A stretch of 64,000 bases of DNA from a virus (IMGVR_UViG_3300042392_000853:573-64572), one strand, 5' to 3'; counted from the stretch's first letter, positions 54,190 through 63,019 are shown. Translations and numbers: made by a program. Notes: generated by a model from the sequence alone, not told the origin.

Positions 54190-55176
54190 TCAAGCACTCC
54201 TTACGCGCTCCGCCGCCATCGCTGCGTATTCAGGGTTGAGTTCACAGAGGATGCTGTTGCGGTTGTTGCGGGCAGCGACAAGGCCAGTGGTCCCGGCCCC
54301 GCCGAACGGGTCCAGCACCGTCCCGCCTTCAGGGCACCCGGCGAGGACGCAGGGCTCGATCAGGTCGGGCGGGAACGTGGCGAAGTGGGCGCCCTTGAAA
54401 GGTTTGGTGGTCACGGTCCAGACGCTGCGACGGTTCCGCATCCCGTCGTAGACCTTGTATTCAGGGGGGCGAGAGTTGACCCCGGGTTGCGCCGCTCTCG
54501 TTGCGCTGCCCTTCGCGGCCTTGGTTCCCGCCGGATAGATGGCGGGCTCCTTCATCGCCTCGCTGTCGAAGTAGTAGCGAGGCCCCTTGGACAGCAGGAA
54601 GATATACTCATGCGCCTTGGTGCAGCGGTCCTTCACGCTCTCCGGCATGGGGTTGGGCTTGTGCCAGATGATGTCCTGCCGCAGCGTCCAGCCGTCCGCC
54701 TGTAGGGCGAAGGCGACACGCCACGGGATACCGATGAGGTCCTTGTGCTTCAACCCAATGGCGGAGGCGTTTCGATGGGCAGGCCCTGAGCCAGCCGCTC
54801 TTCTTGTTCCGCCATCCACTCTTGTAGCGTCAGCGTCGCCTCGCCCGCGATGTCCGCGTCCGTCGACAGATTGCCCTGACTGTCCACCAGCAAGGGTTTC
54901 GGCGGGCATGGCGGTTCCAGATCGTTGTGCTGCATAGCTATCTCCAAGGTTCAACCAAAGCGTCCCGTCATCCCGCAGGACGCGGCGCACCTCGCGGAAC
55001 ACCTCGACCAGCTTGGCGACGAACTCGTCGGGGGTTTGCTCAAGCCCGATCTGCCCGGCGTGGCCGTAATCGCGCAGCCCGAAATACGGGGGCGAGGTCA
55101 CGCAGGTGTTGACGGACTGGTCGGCCATCGCCCGCAAAGACGCGAGGCAATCGCCGACAACGATCTTGCAGGTCAT
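54190..55176 (-). CDS. DNA methyltransferase (N4/N6, beta class)
   Basis: TSPPY, IIW.KPNPMPES, HFATFP, VLDPFGGAGTTG. Confidence 0.9.
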   Translation of the reverse strand: MTCKIVVGDCLASLRAMADQSVNTCVTSPPYFGLRDYGHAGQIGLEQTPDEFVAKLVEVFREVRRVLRDDGTLWLNLGDSYAAQRSGTAMPAETLAGGQSGQSVDGRGHRGRGDADATRVDGGTRRAAGSGPAHRNASAIGLKHKDLIGIPWRVAFALQADGWTLRQDIIWHKPNPMPESVKDRCTKAHEYIFLLSKGPRYYFDSEAMKEPAIYPAGTKAAKGSATRAAQPGVNSRPPEYKVYDGMRNRRSVWTVTTKPFKGAHFATFPPDLIEPCVLAGCPEGGTVLDPFGGAGTTGLVAARNNRNSILCELNPEYAAMAAERVRSA

Positions 55177-55493
55177 TTGCACGGCCACTTCCCGGTGACG
55201 GCCAGGTCCACGGCGAGGAACGCATCATCGCCGCCCCGCTTGGGGTTGGCGCGGGCGTAGGCCACGAACGTGCGCCGGAGTTCATCGGCGGTCGGGTTGG
55301 TGGCGGGGCAGTAGTGCGTCCACACGCCGTTGAGCGCGCGGCGCCAGGTGTTGCCGCGGACGGCGGCGCGCACATAGCCGAGACAGTATGACCGCTCGGC
55401 GGGCATGGGCGACTCGCAGATCGGCAGAAGCCAACCGGCGGTGTCGGGTTGTGGCGCCGCGCTGATGGCGGCGGCGAGGGCGAGGGCGATCAT
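55173..55493 (-). CDS. Secreted Rap1a/Tai immunity-like protein
   Basis: Signal peptide; C.......C.GYV......CP.......V.Y...NP......A...WPC pattern. Confidence 0.7.
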   Translation of the reverse strand: MIALALAAAISAAPQPDTAGWLLPICESPMPAERSYCLGYVRAAVRGNTWRRALNGVWTHYCPATNPTADELRRTFVAYARANPKRGGDDAFLAVDLAVTGKWPCK

Positions 55494-55496
55494 GGG

Positions 55497-55718
55497 TTAG
55501 GCTCCAGTTGAGTAGGCGACGCCAACGACGAGGACGATGGGCAGGCAGGTGAAGATCAGAAAAATACTTCCCGCCATGAGGGCGTTTTCCCAGTCGCGAG
55601 TCTGGCAGGCGTAGATAAACTTGCCCCCGAAACCCAGAAGCAGGTGGGCCAACACACCGACAAAGCCCAGCGCCACGCCCCCGAGGGCGATGACAAGTAG
55701 GATGTCAGACAGGGTCAT
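55497..55718 (-). CDS. Small membrane protein
   Basis: Two TM segments. Confidence 0.65.
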   Translation of the reverse strand: MTLSDILLVIALGGVALGFVGVLAHLLLGFGGKFIYACQTRDWENALMAGSIFLIFTCLPIVLVVGVAYSTGA

Positions 55719-56071
55719 CGTGCAGCCTCCTTCCCAGCTTTGTATGCGGCGAGAGCGGTGCTCGCCTGTCTGCTGACACCGTTGGGGCCGTGCTGTCGGA
55801 TGTCGTCCAGCGTCTCCAGCAGCACATTCGCCTGCTCTCGGGCCATGCGGGCTCCGGCGAGGTAGGCGTCGACAGGTTCCCGAAGTTCACCAGCTGTGGC
55901 GCCAGCCCGCCACTTCCTGAACGCCTGCACGTCAGGATCGACGGGCTTTGGTGGGGTCCAGTTTTCACGAACCACCTCGATGATGTAGTGCTCGACGGGC
56001 GGCGCACCCCATCCGCGCTCACGGGCGCGACGCTTCGCCTCGGCCACGATCTGGTTGTTAGTCGGTGTCAT
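55715..56071 (-). CDS. Hypothetical protein, paralog of 2093-2536
   Basis: Shared motifs; coupled junctions. Confidence 0.7.
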   Translation of the reverse strand: MTPTNNQIVAEAKRRARERGWGAPPVEHYIIEVVRENWTPPKPVDPDVQAFRKWRAGATAGELREPVDAYLAGARMAREQANVLLETLDDIRQHGPNGVSRQASTALAAYKAGKEAAR

Positions 56072-56400
56072 CGTGCCGCCTCCTTGCGGTCGTGTTGCTG
56101 CTTGCTCTGGATCCGCCCAGCGTCGTCGGCGCCGGCCCAGCAGTGGTCATAATAGGGTGTGAACGGCTTGCACTCCTGTGCCTCGGCTTCCCAGCACGGG
56201 CCGCACCAGGCGTCCTCGTGGGCGTCGGTCGCCACAAGGTCGCCGTCCTCCCACCAGTCGTCGCAGCGCGGGCAGCGCGTAGCGTCGAGCACCTTGAGTT
56301 GGGTGTCGAAGGCGTCGGGGTTCTCGCCGGCGTCCTCGCGCCAGTCGGGGCCGAACGCCTCGACAAGCGGGATGTGGATATTGTCGGGTGTCAGCCTCAC
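56068..56400 (-). CDS. Acidic Cys-containing hypothetical protein
   Basis: CPRC..CGPC; junction start. Confidence 0.65.
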   Translation of the reverse strand: MRLTPDNIHIPLVEAFGPDWREDAGENPDAFDTQLKVLDATRCPRCDDWWEDGDLVATDAHEDAWCGPCWEAEAQECKPFTPYYDHCWAGADDAGRIQSKQQHDRKEAAR

Positions 56401-56597
56401 TGGTCAGCCTCCTTGAGCAGCTTGCGGGCGCGCACATAGGCCGCGCGGACTTCAACCGGCTTGTGAAGGTCATCTGCGTAGTCGTGCCAACCAAGGCAGT
56501 CTCGCAAAGCCTCCTCCAGCGCCTTGATCCTGCGGCGTTGATCCTCAATAACGGCATTCCGTCGATCCAGCGCCCGGTCGAAAACATCTTCACTCAC
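56397..56597 (-). CDS. Hypothetical protein (RIKALEEAL...LLKEADQ)
   Basis: Junction motif at both ends. Confidence 0.7.
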   Translation of the reverse strand: MSEDVFDRALDRRNAVIEDQRRRIKALEEALRDCLGWHDYADDLHKPVEVRAAYVRARKLLKEADQ

Positions 56598-56899
56598 TGG
56601 TCAGCCTCCTTTGCGATGGTCTCGGGGTCGAGGTCGCCAATTATCTCGGTCGGGACTTCGGGCCATTCGCGGTCGATAGCCGTCGCAGCAGCCTCCAGCC
56701 CTAGCCGGATGCCTTCTAGCCGGGCGGCGTCGATCAGGTGCTGGTTGAGGATGCGGTAGAAGCCTTTTGTTGTCCAACGGACGTGTTGTGCCGGACACAC
56801 GTCTGCGCCGTCCGGGTCTTCGTCATAGTCTAACCATTGCACCCACACGTCATCCGCGACCGGCTGGGGTCCGCCGTCGTGTTCAATCCAGTCAGTCAC
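56594..56899 (-). CDS. Hypothetical protein (TDWIEHDGG module)
   Basis: GGAGG RBS before GTG 56899. Confidence 0.65.
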   Translation of the reverse strand: MTDWIEHDGGPQPVADDVWVQWLDYDEDPDGADVCPAQHVRWTTKGFYRILNQHLIDAARLEGIRLGLEAAATAIDREWPEVPTEIIGDLDPETIAKEADQ

Positions 56900-57239
56900 A
56901 GGCCTGCCTCCTGACGAGTGCGTCGAACTCGTCGTTGATCTGGGCCAAGCGCTGGCGGGCCAGCGGGACGACCGCCTCGGGCTCCAGCTCAAGAAGTCGG
57001 GCGGCCTGGGCGAGGCTGATCAGCTTCTCTTCGACGTGTTCCTCGTTGCCCTCCCTGTCGAGATCTATCAGGTCGAGCATCACGGAGAACCGTGACCCAG
57101 GGTCGGTCCAACCCGGCCCGTCTTCGGTAGCGGCCTCAAAGACGGCGGGCGCGAACCGGGCGTCGAAGGTCGAGAAACCCTCGAGGCCGCCCGGGCAGTT
57201 GTCGCTGATCGCCACGGTCACTTGTGCGTAGGAGGTCAT
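56892..57239 (-). CDS. Hypothetical protein
   Basis: Coupled ORF. Confidence 0.65.
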   Translation of the reverse strand: MTSYAQVTVAISDNCPGGLEGFSTFDARFAPAVFEAATEDGPGWTDPGSRFSVMLDLIDLDREGNEEHVEEKLISLAQAARLLELEPEAVVPLARQRLAQINDEFDALVRRQACD

Positions 57240-57673
57240 CGGTCCGCCGCCTCGCCCCGAACCTTAGCGATCGCGGCCTGGGCCTGCTTTACGGCCAGAC
57301 GGCCCGTGGCAATCCAGTCGTCAGTGTCCAGCAGCGTCGCCAGGGTCTGGCAGGCTTCCAGCAAGTCCGGCGCGGCGGCGATTAGGCGGGCGTCTGGATG
57401 GTCGATGTCTGAGATGTGGAGCCTATAGACCGTCGTGTTCTGCTTCGCCTCCGAAACACCAGTCACGGACGCCTCGCCGACCTCGAACTTCAAAAGGTCT
57501 TTGGCATCTTCGAGCGAGTTTTGACCCCGGAAAGTGGGTTGAGCGTTTGCCGTGCCCCAGCGCTTGAACCCCATCACTATTCGGCGGCCGCCGTGACGGG
57601 TCGAGAGGTAGACATCCTGCGCGTAGGCATTTCCGCGCCAGACCCAAGGTCCCGGCGTGTGTTGATCGCTCAC
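57236..57673 (-). CDS. HTPGPW...DARLIAAAP family protein
   Basis: Paralog of 60812 and 62567. Confidence 0.75.
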   Translation of the reverse strand: MSDQHTPGPWVWRGNAYAQDVYLSTRHGGRRIVMGFKRWGTANAQPTFRGQNSLEDAKDLLKFEVGEASVTGVSEAKQNTTVYRLHISDIDHPDARLIAAAPDLLEACQTLATLLDTDDWIATGRLAVKQAQAAIAKVRGEAADR

Positions 57674-58146
57674 TGGTCAGCCTCCTTGAGCAGAGCCTCG
57701 GCTTCGGCTTCCGTGGCGCATTTCGTGATAGTCCAATCGGTATCGACCCCAAGGGCTTCTTGCTCCTCATCGGTGAGGAGATGCACGACGGCCCAAATGG
57801 TCGGGCAGCGCCGCCACGTCTCCACCTCGACAATGTGCCGACCGTGCGGAGCATCGTAGATGGCAGGCTCTATGGAGCTTTCAATGTCAGGGCAGATTTC
57901 GCCGCTTTCTCCATCGGTTGAAGCCCAAAAGTGGGTGGGCCTGTTCGCCTTCGCCAGCGCCTCCTCCAGCGCCTTAATCCGCTCAGCGGATGCGGCCTGA
58001 CCGGCGCGGTAGCCCTCAACCTCCTCACCGAGTAGGCCGTCCAGCTTTCCGCTCCGATAGCTGGGGCCAGCCTCGCCGCCGCCTTCGTCCTGCCACCTCG
58101 CGGCGCGCTCCCTCGCCCAGATCAGGGCCTCGTCGGGTTCAGTCAT
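57670..58146 (-). CDS. Hypothetical protein, paralog of 3660-4154
   Basis: Near-identical ends. Confidence 0.8.
   Translation of the reverse strand: MTEPDEALIWARERAARWQDEGGGEAGPSYRSGKLDGLLGEEVEGYRAGQAASAERIKALEEALAKANRPTHFWASTDGESGEICPDIESSIEPAIYDAPHGRHIVEVETWRRCPTIWAVVHLLTDEEQEALGVDTDWTITKCATEAEAEALLKEADQ
57947..58146. repeat. 200-bp inverted dispersed repeat, copy 2
   Basis: Reverse complement matches 3660-3859. Confidence 0.9.
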
Positions 58147-58408
58147 GGTCAGCCTCCTCGGCATTGGTTTTGACACTTTCGCCCCCGGCCATGCCCTCAA
58201 CACCGCTCGGGCGAAAGGAGCGCGCTTCGTCCAGCGTCATTTCCGCCAGCACATAACCGACCCTCATATCCTGGACGATGTTGGCCACGCGGTCGGTGTC
58301 GTCCAGTTCCCCGGCTAGGATGGGTCGGGTGAGAAGGTTGGCCTGCGACGGCGAAAGGCGCTGGATGGCGCGTTCGCGGGCGAGGCGTTGGATGGTGTCG
58401 TGGGTCAT
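58139..58408 (-). CDS. Hypothetical protein, paralog of 48538-48729
   Basis: RPILAGELDDTD. Confidence 0.65.
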   Translation of the reverse strand: MTHDTIQRLARERAIQRLSPSQANLLTRPILAGELDDTDRVANIVQDMRVGYVLAEMTLDEARSFRPSGVEGMAGGESVKTNAEEADHD

Positions 58409-58602
58409 GCGACCCTCCGCGCCTTAACAATCTCCGCCTTCATAGCGTTGATCTGGCCCGCCATCCTGTCAGCCGCACGTTCGGCGGCTTCAAGCGCGGC
58501 GGGCGTGGTCCATGTATTACAGGCCCGGCGGATTACAGCGGCTTCAGGGGCTATCGTGGTGGATAGCGCGCGGGCGGCGGTGGGGATGGTGATGTAGGTC
58601 AT
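58405..58602 (-). CDS. Hypothetical protein
   Basis: Coupled ORF. Confidence 0.55.
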   Translation of the reverse strand: MTYITIPTAARALSTTIAPEAAVIRRACNTWTTPAALEAAERAADRMAGQINAMKAEIVKARRVA

Positions 58603-58675
58603 TTGCGGTTTCCCAGTGTGATGGCGAGCATGAGGATGGTGGCGAGGATCCAGAAGGCGGCGCGGACGGCGGTGA

Positions 58676-58897
58676 TCATCGGGCCGCCCCCTTCATATCC
58701 TCAAGGGCGTGCGATATGAATCTCAACAGGTCTGCGTTGGCCATCTCGTGGAGGTCGTCTAGCGATTTGGCGTAGGCCAGATGGGCTGGATTCTTGGTCG
58801 CCTCCCCTACAAGCGGGAGGTGGAACCGCAACAGCCGCGCCATTACGAAGTCTTCCAGGGTGACAGGCGGGTAGCCCAAGGCGTCTTCGAGTGTCAT
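58676..58897 (-). CDS. Hypothetical protein
   Basis: GAGG RBS, ATGA coupling. Confidence 0.6.
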   Translation of the reverse strand: MTLEDALGYPPVTLEDFVMARLLRFHLPLVGEATKNPAHLAYAKSLDDLHEMANADLLRFISHALEDMKGAAR

Positions 58898-59094
58898 TGC
58901 GCACCTCGCATGTTCCTGTGAGCCTCCAGCGTCCGACGCGCGAACGATGCAAGCACGTTGTCAGGCAGGCTATCGGCCAAGGTGTAGAGGCTGGCGGACA
59001 TGCCGCGCCCGATATCGCCGAAGGTCTCAGCCTCGTCGATAGCGTTGATGAGGTCGATACGGGATGGGATGCGCGGGGGTGGGTGAAGCATCAT
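58894..59094 (-). CDS. Hypothetical protein
   Basis: GGAGG RBS, coupled. Confidence 0.6.
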   Translation of the reverse strand: MMLHPPPRIPSRIDLINAIDEAETFGDIGRGMSASLYTLADSLPDNVLASFARRTLEAHRNMRGAQ

Positions 59095-59504
59095 GCGTCC
59101 GCCCTCCGCTGGAAGAAGTCCAGAATATCCAGCGTCTCGCGGGCATTAACTGTGCCGGGGTATTCGGCGGCGACGTGGGTGCGATATTCAGGGATCGTGA
59201 ACCAGCGACAACCGGCCATGACCTTGTGAGAGCCGTCCTTCAGGCGGAACAGGCGGAAGGTGTAGCCGTCCATACGCTCGGCGGCGGCAATACATTTGTC
59301 GAGGGTGTCGCCTCGGAATATGGCACCGTCGAGTGTGGCCCGCCGCAGTTCGGCACGGCTCAGGCTGGAGCCGAAGACCGCCCCGCGCAAATAGGAGTAT
59401 CGCAGGTCGGCACCCTCCCAGTTAATTGCGGTCAGGTTGGCCCCGAGCAGGGTTCCGCCGTTCGCCCATGCGGCGGCTGTTAGATAAGCCATGTGCTTGT
59501 TCAT
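59091..59504 (-). CDS. Pentapeptide-repeat protein
   Basis: ANLTA, ADLRY, SYLRG, AELRR, ATLDG, AIFRG repeats; AGCRWFT..E.R.H C-domain. Confidence 0.75.
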   Translation of the reverse strand: MNKHMAYLTAAAWANGGTLLGANLTAINWEGADLRYSYLRGAVFGSSLSRAELRRATLDGAIFRGDTLDKCIAAAERMDGYTFRLFRLKDGSHKVMAGCRWFTIPEYRTHVAAEYPGTVNARETLDILDFFQRRADA

Positions 59505-59604
59505 AGCGCACCTCCGATAGCGGCCAGGGCGATCAGCAGCCATGCCAGCGCGGTGAACGCGGCGGCGGTTAGGATGGCTTCGAAGGCGAGGCGGATGAGG
59601 CGGG

Positions 59605-59793
59605 TCATCGGTCGTTCTCCTGTGCAGTCACGTCGGCCAGCAGGCCGGGCGCGGGTTGGCGGTTGTCGGTGGCGAGTTGCACGAAGATGATGGCGCGGGT
59701 AACGCCTCGCTCGTAGTCTAGGGCGATCTCGTGCGCCTTGGCGGCTGAGAGGCCGGAGGCGATCAGGACGCGGGCGGCTTCGGCGCGGGTCAT
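59605..59793 (-). CDS. Hypothetical protein
   Basis: AGGAG RBS, coupled. Confidence 0.55.
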   Translation of the reverse strand: MTRAEAARVLIASGLSAAKAHEIALDYERGVTRAIIFVQLATDNRQPAPGLLADVTAQENDR

Positions 59794-60167
59794 TCGGCGG
59801 GCTCCTGTGCCATGACTTCATCGGGGACAGCCTCGGCGTATCCGAGCCACTGGAAGCTGTTGTTCACGACCTTGCTGAAGATAGCCGCCTCGCCGTCGGC
59901 ACGGTTGTGCGCGAAGGCGTACGGGGCGGCGGTCACTTCCCCGGGCGGCGAGGCGAGCGGGATCAGGGACGATAGTGCGCCGCTGCCGCCGGGCTGGCCG
60001 ACGCGCAGGACGTAAAGCCGTTCGCGGACGCGCGGATCCCGATAGCTTTTGATCTCATACCGCCGGCCACCGTGCGTCAGGATCAGGCGGGCGGCGTCCC
60101 GCTCGGACAGGCCGGAAGCAAGCACGGTGTCGCCGTGCAGGACGGTGAAGGTCTCGGCGCGGGTCAT
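59790..60167 (-). CDS. Hypothetical protein, paralog of 60164-60502
   Basis: A.GL.E..AA..ILTH....YEI motif. Confidence 0.65.
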   Translation of the reverse strand: MTRAETFTVLHGDTVLASGLSERDAARLILTHGGRRYEIKSYRDPRVRERLYVLRVGQPGGSGALSSLIPLASPPGEVTAAPYAFAHNRADGEAAIFSKVVNNSFQWLGYAEAVPDEVMAQEPAE

Positions 60168-60502
60168 TCTACGCCCTCCTCGGCAAGCCGGGCTTGCATC
60201 TCATCCCAGTCATCTTGTGGGATGGCCTCAGCGGTCCAGCCTAACGAGGTGTCAGCGATACGGACAACCTCGGCCAAGATTTCGACCTCGGCGGCGTCTT
60301 GTTCGGCCTCCCACGACGCAACCAGCCAAAGGCTGAAGGCGCCGTTTAGCGACTTGCCCCAAAGAGACCAACCCGCGTTGACAGGGTGTTTGCGAATCTC
60401 ATACTGCGCACTGTCGTGCGTCAGGATCTCGTGGGCGGCCTCGGCCTCGGTCAAGCCCTCGGCGATGGGCTCGCCGGATCGGTCAACAACTACGTAAAGC
60501 AT
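60164..60502 (-). CDS. Hypothetical protein
   Basis: ACAGGAGA RBS; same motif as the downstream gene. Confidence 0.7.
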   Translation of the reverse strand: MLYVVVDRSGEPIAEGLTEAEAAHEILTHDSAQYEIRKHPVNAGWSLWGKSLNGAFSLWLVASWEAEQDAAEVEILAEVVRIADTSLGWTAEAIPQDDWDEMQARLAEEGVE

Positions 60503-60509
60503 AGTGCGG

Positions 60510-60618
60510 TGTCTCCTGTGAGCGGGCCGGGCTGGCCCTCCTACTGCCTCCGGCCCGCTACGCCTAAGCGCGCGGGCCTGTTGTGGCAAGTAAAGGCTGA
60601 ACTTGTGGCGGGTGTCAA
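60510..60618 (-). promoter_or_regulatory. Early promoter/leader module
   Basis: TTGACACCCGC (60618-60608), GGGCCAGCCCGGCCCGC hairpin, ACAGGAGA RBS. Confidence 0.6.
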
Positions 60619-60811
60619 TCGGTAGCTGTGCGGGTGGCCTCCTGAACCCGTACCGACAGGAGGCGGGCCGGTTTGCTGATCCGCCACGAAAAGCCCAAGT
60701 CGTCGCGGCGCGCTTCGTTGGCTTGGCGCCTCCCGTTGCAACTCCGGCAATGCCCGGCGCCTTTGGCCCGGCACGCGGTCGGCTGTTGGCAGTATGGGCG
60801 GGGCATGGCGG

Positions 60812-61102
60812 TCAATCCGCAACCGCGCGGGCTCGCCTGACGGCGGCGTGGGCGGCGTCCCATGCCTCGGACGCCTTGCGCGAGCGTGGCGGCTCCATGA
60901 CGTCAAGAAGCTGCTCCAGGGCGGCAAGCGTGTTTGGGGCCTCTGCGATCAAGCGCGCGTCAGCTTCCGCATAGGCGTTGCCGATATGGCGGGGCGCATG
61001 GGCCGGAAGCGTGTCGCTGACGGGCGCTCCGATCATGAAGCCGAGCCACGGCGCATCGTTGCGGGTTGCAACCCAAGGCCCCGGCGTATGTTGCGAAGTC
61101 AT
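60812..61102 (-). CDS. HTPGPW...DARLIA family protein
   Basis: MTSQHTPGPW start identical to 62567-62905. Confidence 0.7.
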   Translation of the reverse strand: MTSQHTPGPWVATRNDAPWLGFMIGAPVSDTLPAHAPRHIGNAYAEADARLIAEAPNTLAALEQLLDVMEPPRSRKASEAWDAAHAAVRRARAVAD

Positions 61103-61107
61103 AGCGA

Positions 61108-61344
61108 TCACCTTTCGATCAGGTCAAAACGGGCGGTCTTGCCGGAGGGGGAGAACCCCCAATCTTGAATCCGCGGGTTTTTGTAGCCCATGCGACGGGC
61201 CAGGGCGCGCACGGCGCCGGCGTGCCCCTCCTCCGCCGGGCAGCTTGCCGACGGGCCGGAAACGTGGCGGGCGCGGTACGTGCCCGGCCCCCATTGGTTA
61301 GCGGGCCGGTCGCGGCATACGGTGACGTTGTAGCCGTAGGTCAT
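61108..61344 (-). CDS. Hypothetical protein
   Basis: Coupled ORF; T..WGPG.YRA motif resembles 63230-63484. Confidence 0.55.
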   Translation of the reverse strand: MTYGYNVTVCRDRPANQWGPGTYRARHVSGPSASCPAEEGHAGAVRALARRMGYKNPRIQDWGFSPSGKTARFDLIER

Positions 61345-61808
61345 GCGAACCACCTGCGGTAAAGCGCGGGGCGCAGAGCCCATTGCGCTTGTTTCTGGAT
61401 AGCGGCGCGCTTGTTCTCCGTCTCGGGCGGAAGATCCGCGCGCCAGTAGTTCCAGAGCATCGCCTTCAGGACCGCACAGGCGGCTTCCCGGCGTTCGGTG
61501 GGCTCATACTGGCCGGCGGTGTAGTCTAGCCGCCCGTCCTGCCATGTCAGGCGCCCCGCATAGGCGCGGAAGCCTTCGAGCATGTCTTCGACGGGGATAG
61601 AGCGCAATTCCACTTGCGCCAGCATCTCCAGCCCGTCCGCGCGGTCGCGGGTAAGGCGCCGCATCTCGGCGGCGTAGTTCTTGCGGCCCTCGGGATCGGG
61701 GCGAGTGTTGCCCGGGCGGCCTTCGTCGCAGTAGTCAGCGAAGGGTAGGCCAGGGCGGCGGTTCAGCCAGATGCGCAGGGCGTCAAGGATGGCGGCGCGG
61801 TCAGTCAT
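61341..61808 (-). CDS. Hypothetical protein
   Basis: ACAGGAGA RBS; RPGL....Y and YTAGQY.PTE.R.A.C motifs. Confidence 0.75.
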   Translation of the reverse strand: MTDRAAILDALRIWLNRRPGLPFADYCDEGRPGNTRPDPEGRKNYAAEMRRLTRDRADGLEMLAQVELRSIPVEDMLEGFRAYAGRLTWQDGRLDYTAGQYEPTERREAACAVLKAMLWNYWRADLPPETENKRAAIQKQAQWALRPALYRRWFA

Positions 61809-62496
61809 GGTTCGGTGTCTCCTGTGAGGGGTTGGCCCGGCGGCGCGAGGTCGCCGGGCTGAGGGGCTTCAGGATGGAAAGGGCGGTGAAGGGCGGCTTG
61901 ACGCCTTCAAGGTCGCGCAGGGGCATCAGCACGCCGAACGCGGGGACGGGCACGCGGAGCGGGCGGCCCCTGGTGTGGTCAGTTGTCATGCCGAACGACA
62001 CAAGGGCCGGGTTCTGGCCGTCCTGATAGACGTGACATGTCGCTTTATACCGGTCGCTCAGACTCTGTGCCGCCTTGTCGAAATCCGCCAGATACTGGCC
62101 TTGGTATTGCGCGGCGGCGCCGTCCATAGCGGCGGCTTCAGGGATGGCGCGGCGCCAGTCGGGAAAACTGCCGTCAATCGGCTTACAGGCGACGTCCCCG
62201 ATGCGCTCCGGTGAAATGGTGATGCGCGGATCTACCATGCCGCGCGGCGGCTTGAAGCCCTGCAAGGCGCGCTTCAGGGCCTCGCCGGGGATTGTCCACC
62301 CGTCGAACGCGGGCAGGGCCGCGCGCTCATCATCGGGGGCCAGGGCGCCCACAAACATGCGATGGCCGTCAGTCGAGACGGCGAGACCGGCGGGATCAAT
62401 GTGGACGCCTCCGAGATAGTAGCGGGTCGCCTCGCGGCTGACGAACATAAGCGCGGCCTTCAGCATGTCAGGGCGGGCTTCAATGGAAACGGTCAC
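61801..62496 (-). CDS. DNA polymerase III beta-clamp-like protein
   Basis: RYYLGGVHI....VSTDGHRM and IDGSFPDWRRAIP motifs; GTG start at 62496. Confidence 0.75.
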   Translation of the reverse strand: MTVSIEARPDMLKAALMFVSREATRYYLGGVHIDPAGLAVSTDGHRMFVGALAPDDERAALPAFDGWTIPGEALKRALQGFKPPRGMVDPRITISPERIGDVACKPIDGSFPDWRRAIPEAAAMDGAAAQYQGQYLADFDKAAQSLSDRYKATCHVYQDGQNPALVSFGMTTDHTRGRPLRVPVPAFGVLMPLRDLEGVKPPFTALSILKPLSPATSRRRANPSQETPNHD

Positions 62497-62499
62497 GAT

Positions 62500-62570
62500 G
62501 GATTCTCCTGTAGCGCGGGCCGGGCTGGCCCTAGGGTTAAAGCGGTAACTTGTATTCGGGCGGGTGTCAA
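62500..62570 (-). promoter_or_regulatory. Early promoter/leader module
   Basis: TTGACACCCGC (62570-62560), GGGCCAGCCCGGCCCGC hairpin, ACAGGAGA RBS. Confidence 0.6.
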
Positions 62571-62905
62571 TCGCCGGTAGCCTTGGCGATGGCGGCGCGT
62601 GCGTTGGCGCATTCTTCAGGGTATTGCGCCTCAAAGTCGCCAAAGCCTGTGACGGCCCAAAGCAAGGCTTGCAGGGCGTCAGTCGTTTCAGGCGCCGCGG
62701 CGATCAGGCGGGCGTTGGCGTCGGCCTCGTCCGCCATAAAGTGAACCGGCTTGGAAACCCCACCATTGCGGACCGACAATTCGCCGGGTTGGGTCATGGT
62801 GTAGCAATCGCACACGGTAGGTCCGAACTTATGGACGACGTAAGGCCCGTGGTGCTCGGTGCTTTGGACATACTCCCACGGGCCGGGCGTGTGTTGCGAA
62901 GTCAT
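62567..62905 (-). CDS. HTPGPW...ANARLIAAAP family protein
   Basis: ACAGGAGA RBS; paralog motifs. Confidence 0.75.
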   Translation of the reverse strand: MTSQHTPGPWEYVQSTEHHGPYVVHKFGPTVCDCYTMTQPGELSVRNGGVSKPVHFMADEADANARLIAAAPETTDALQALLWAVTGFGDFEAQYPEECANARAAIAKATGD

Positions 62906-63019
62906 GGCGGGTCAATCTCCTGTAGCTAGGCGGGCCAGGGTGGCCAGCCTTCACGCCGGCGGCCTCCGCACGCTAGGCGCCGGAGGCTTTCGGGCGGGTT
63001 GTCCGCGAGGGTGGCGGGG

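Noticed and set aside
50383-55176. Restriction-modification system or CcrM ortholog
   Set aside because: No adjacent restriction endonuclease; both look like orphan phage MTases and specificity cannot be read from sequence
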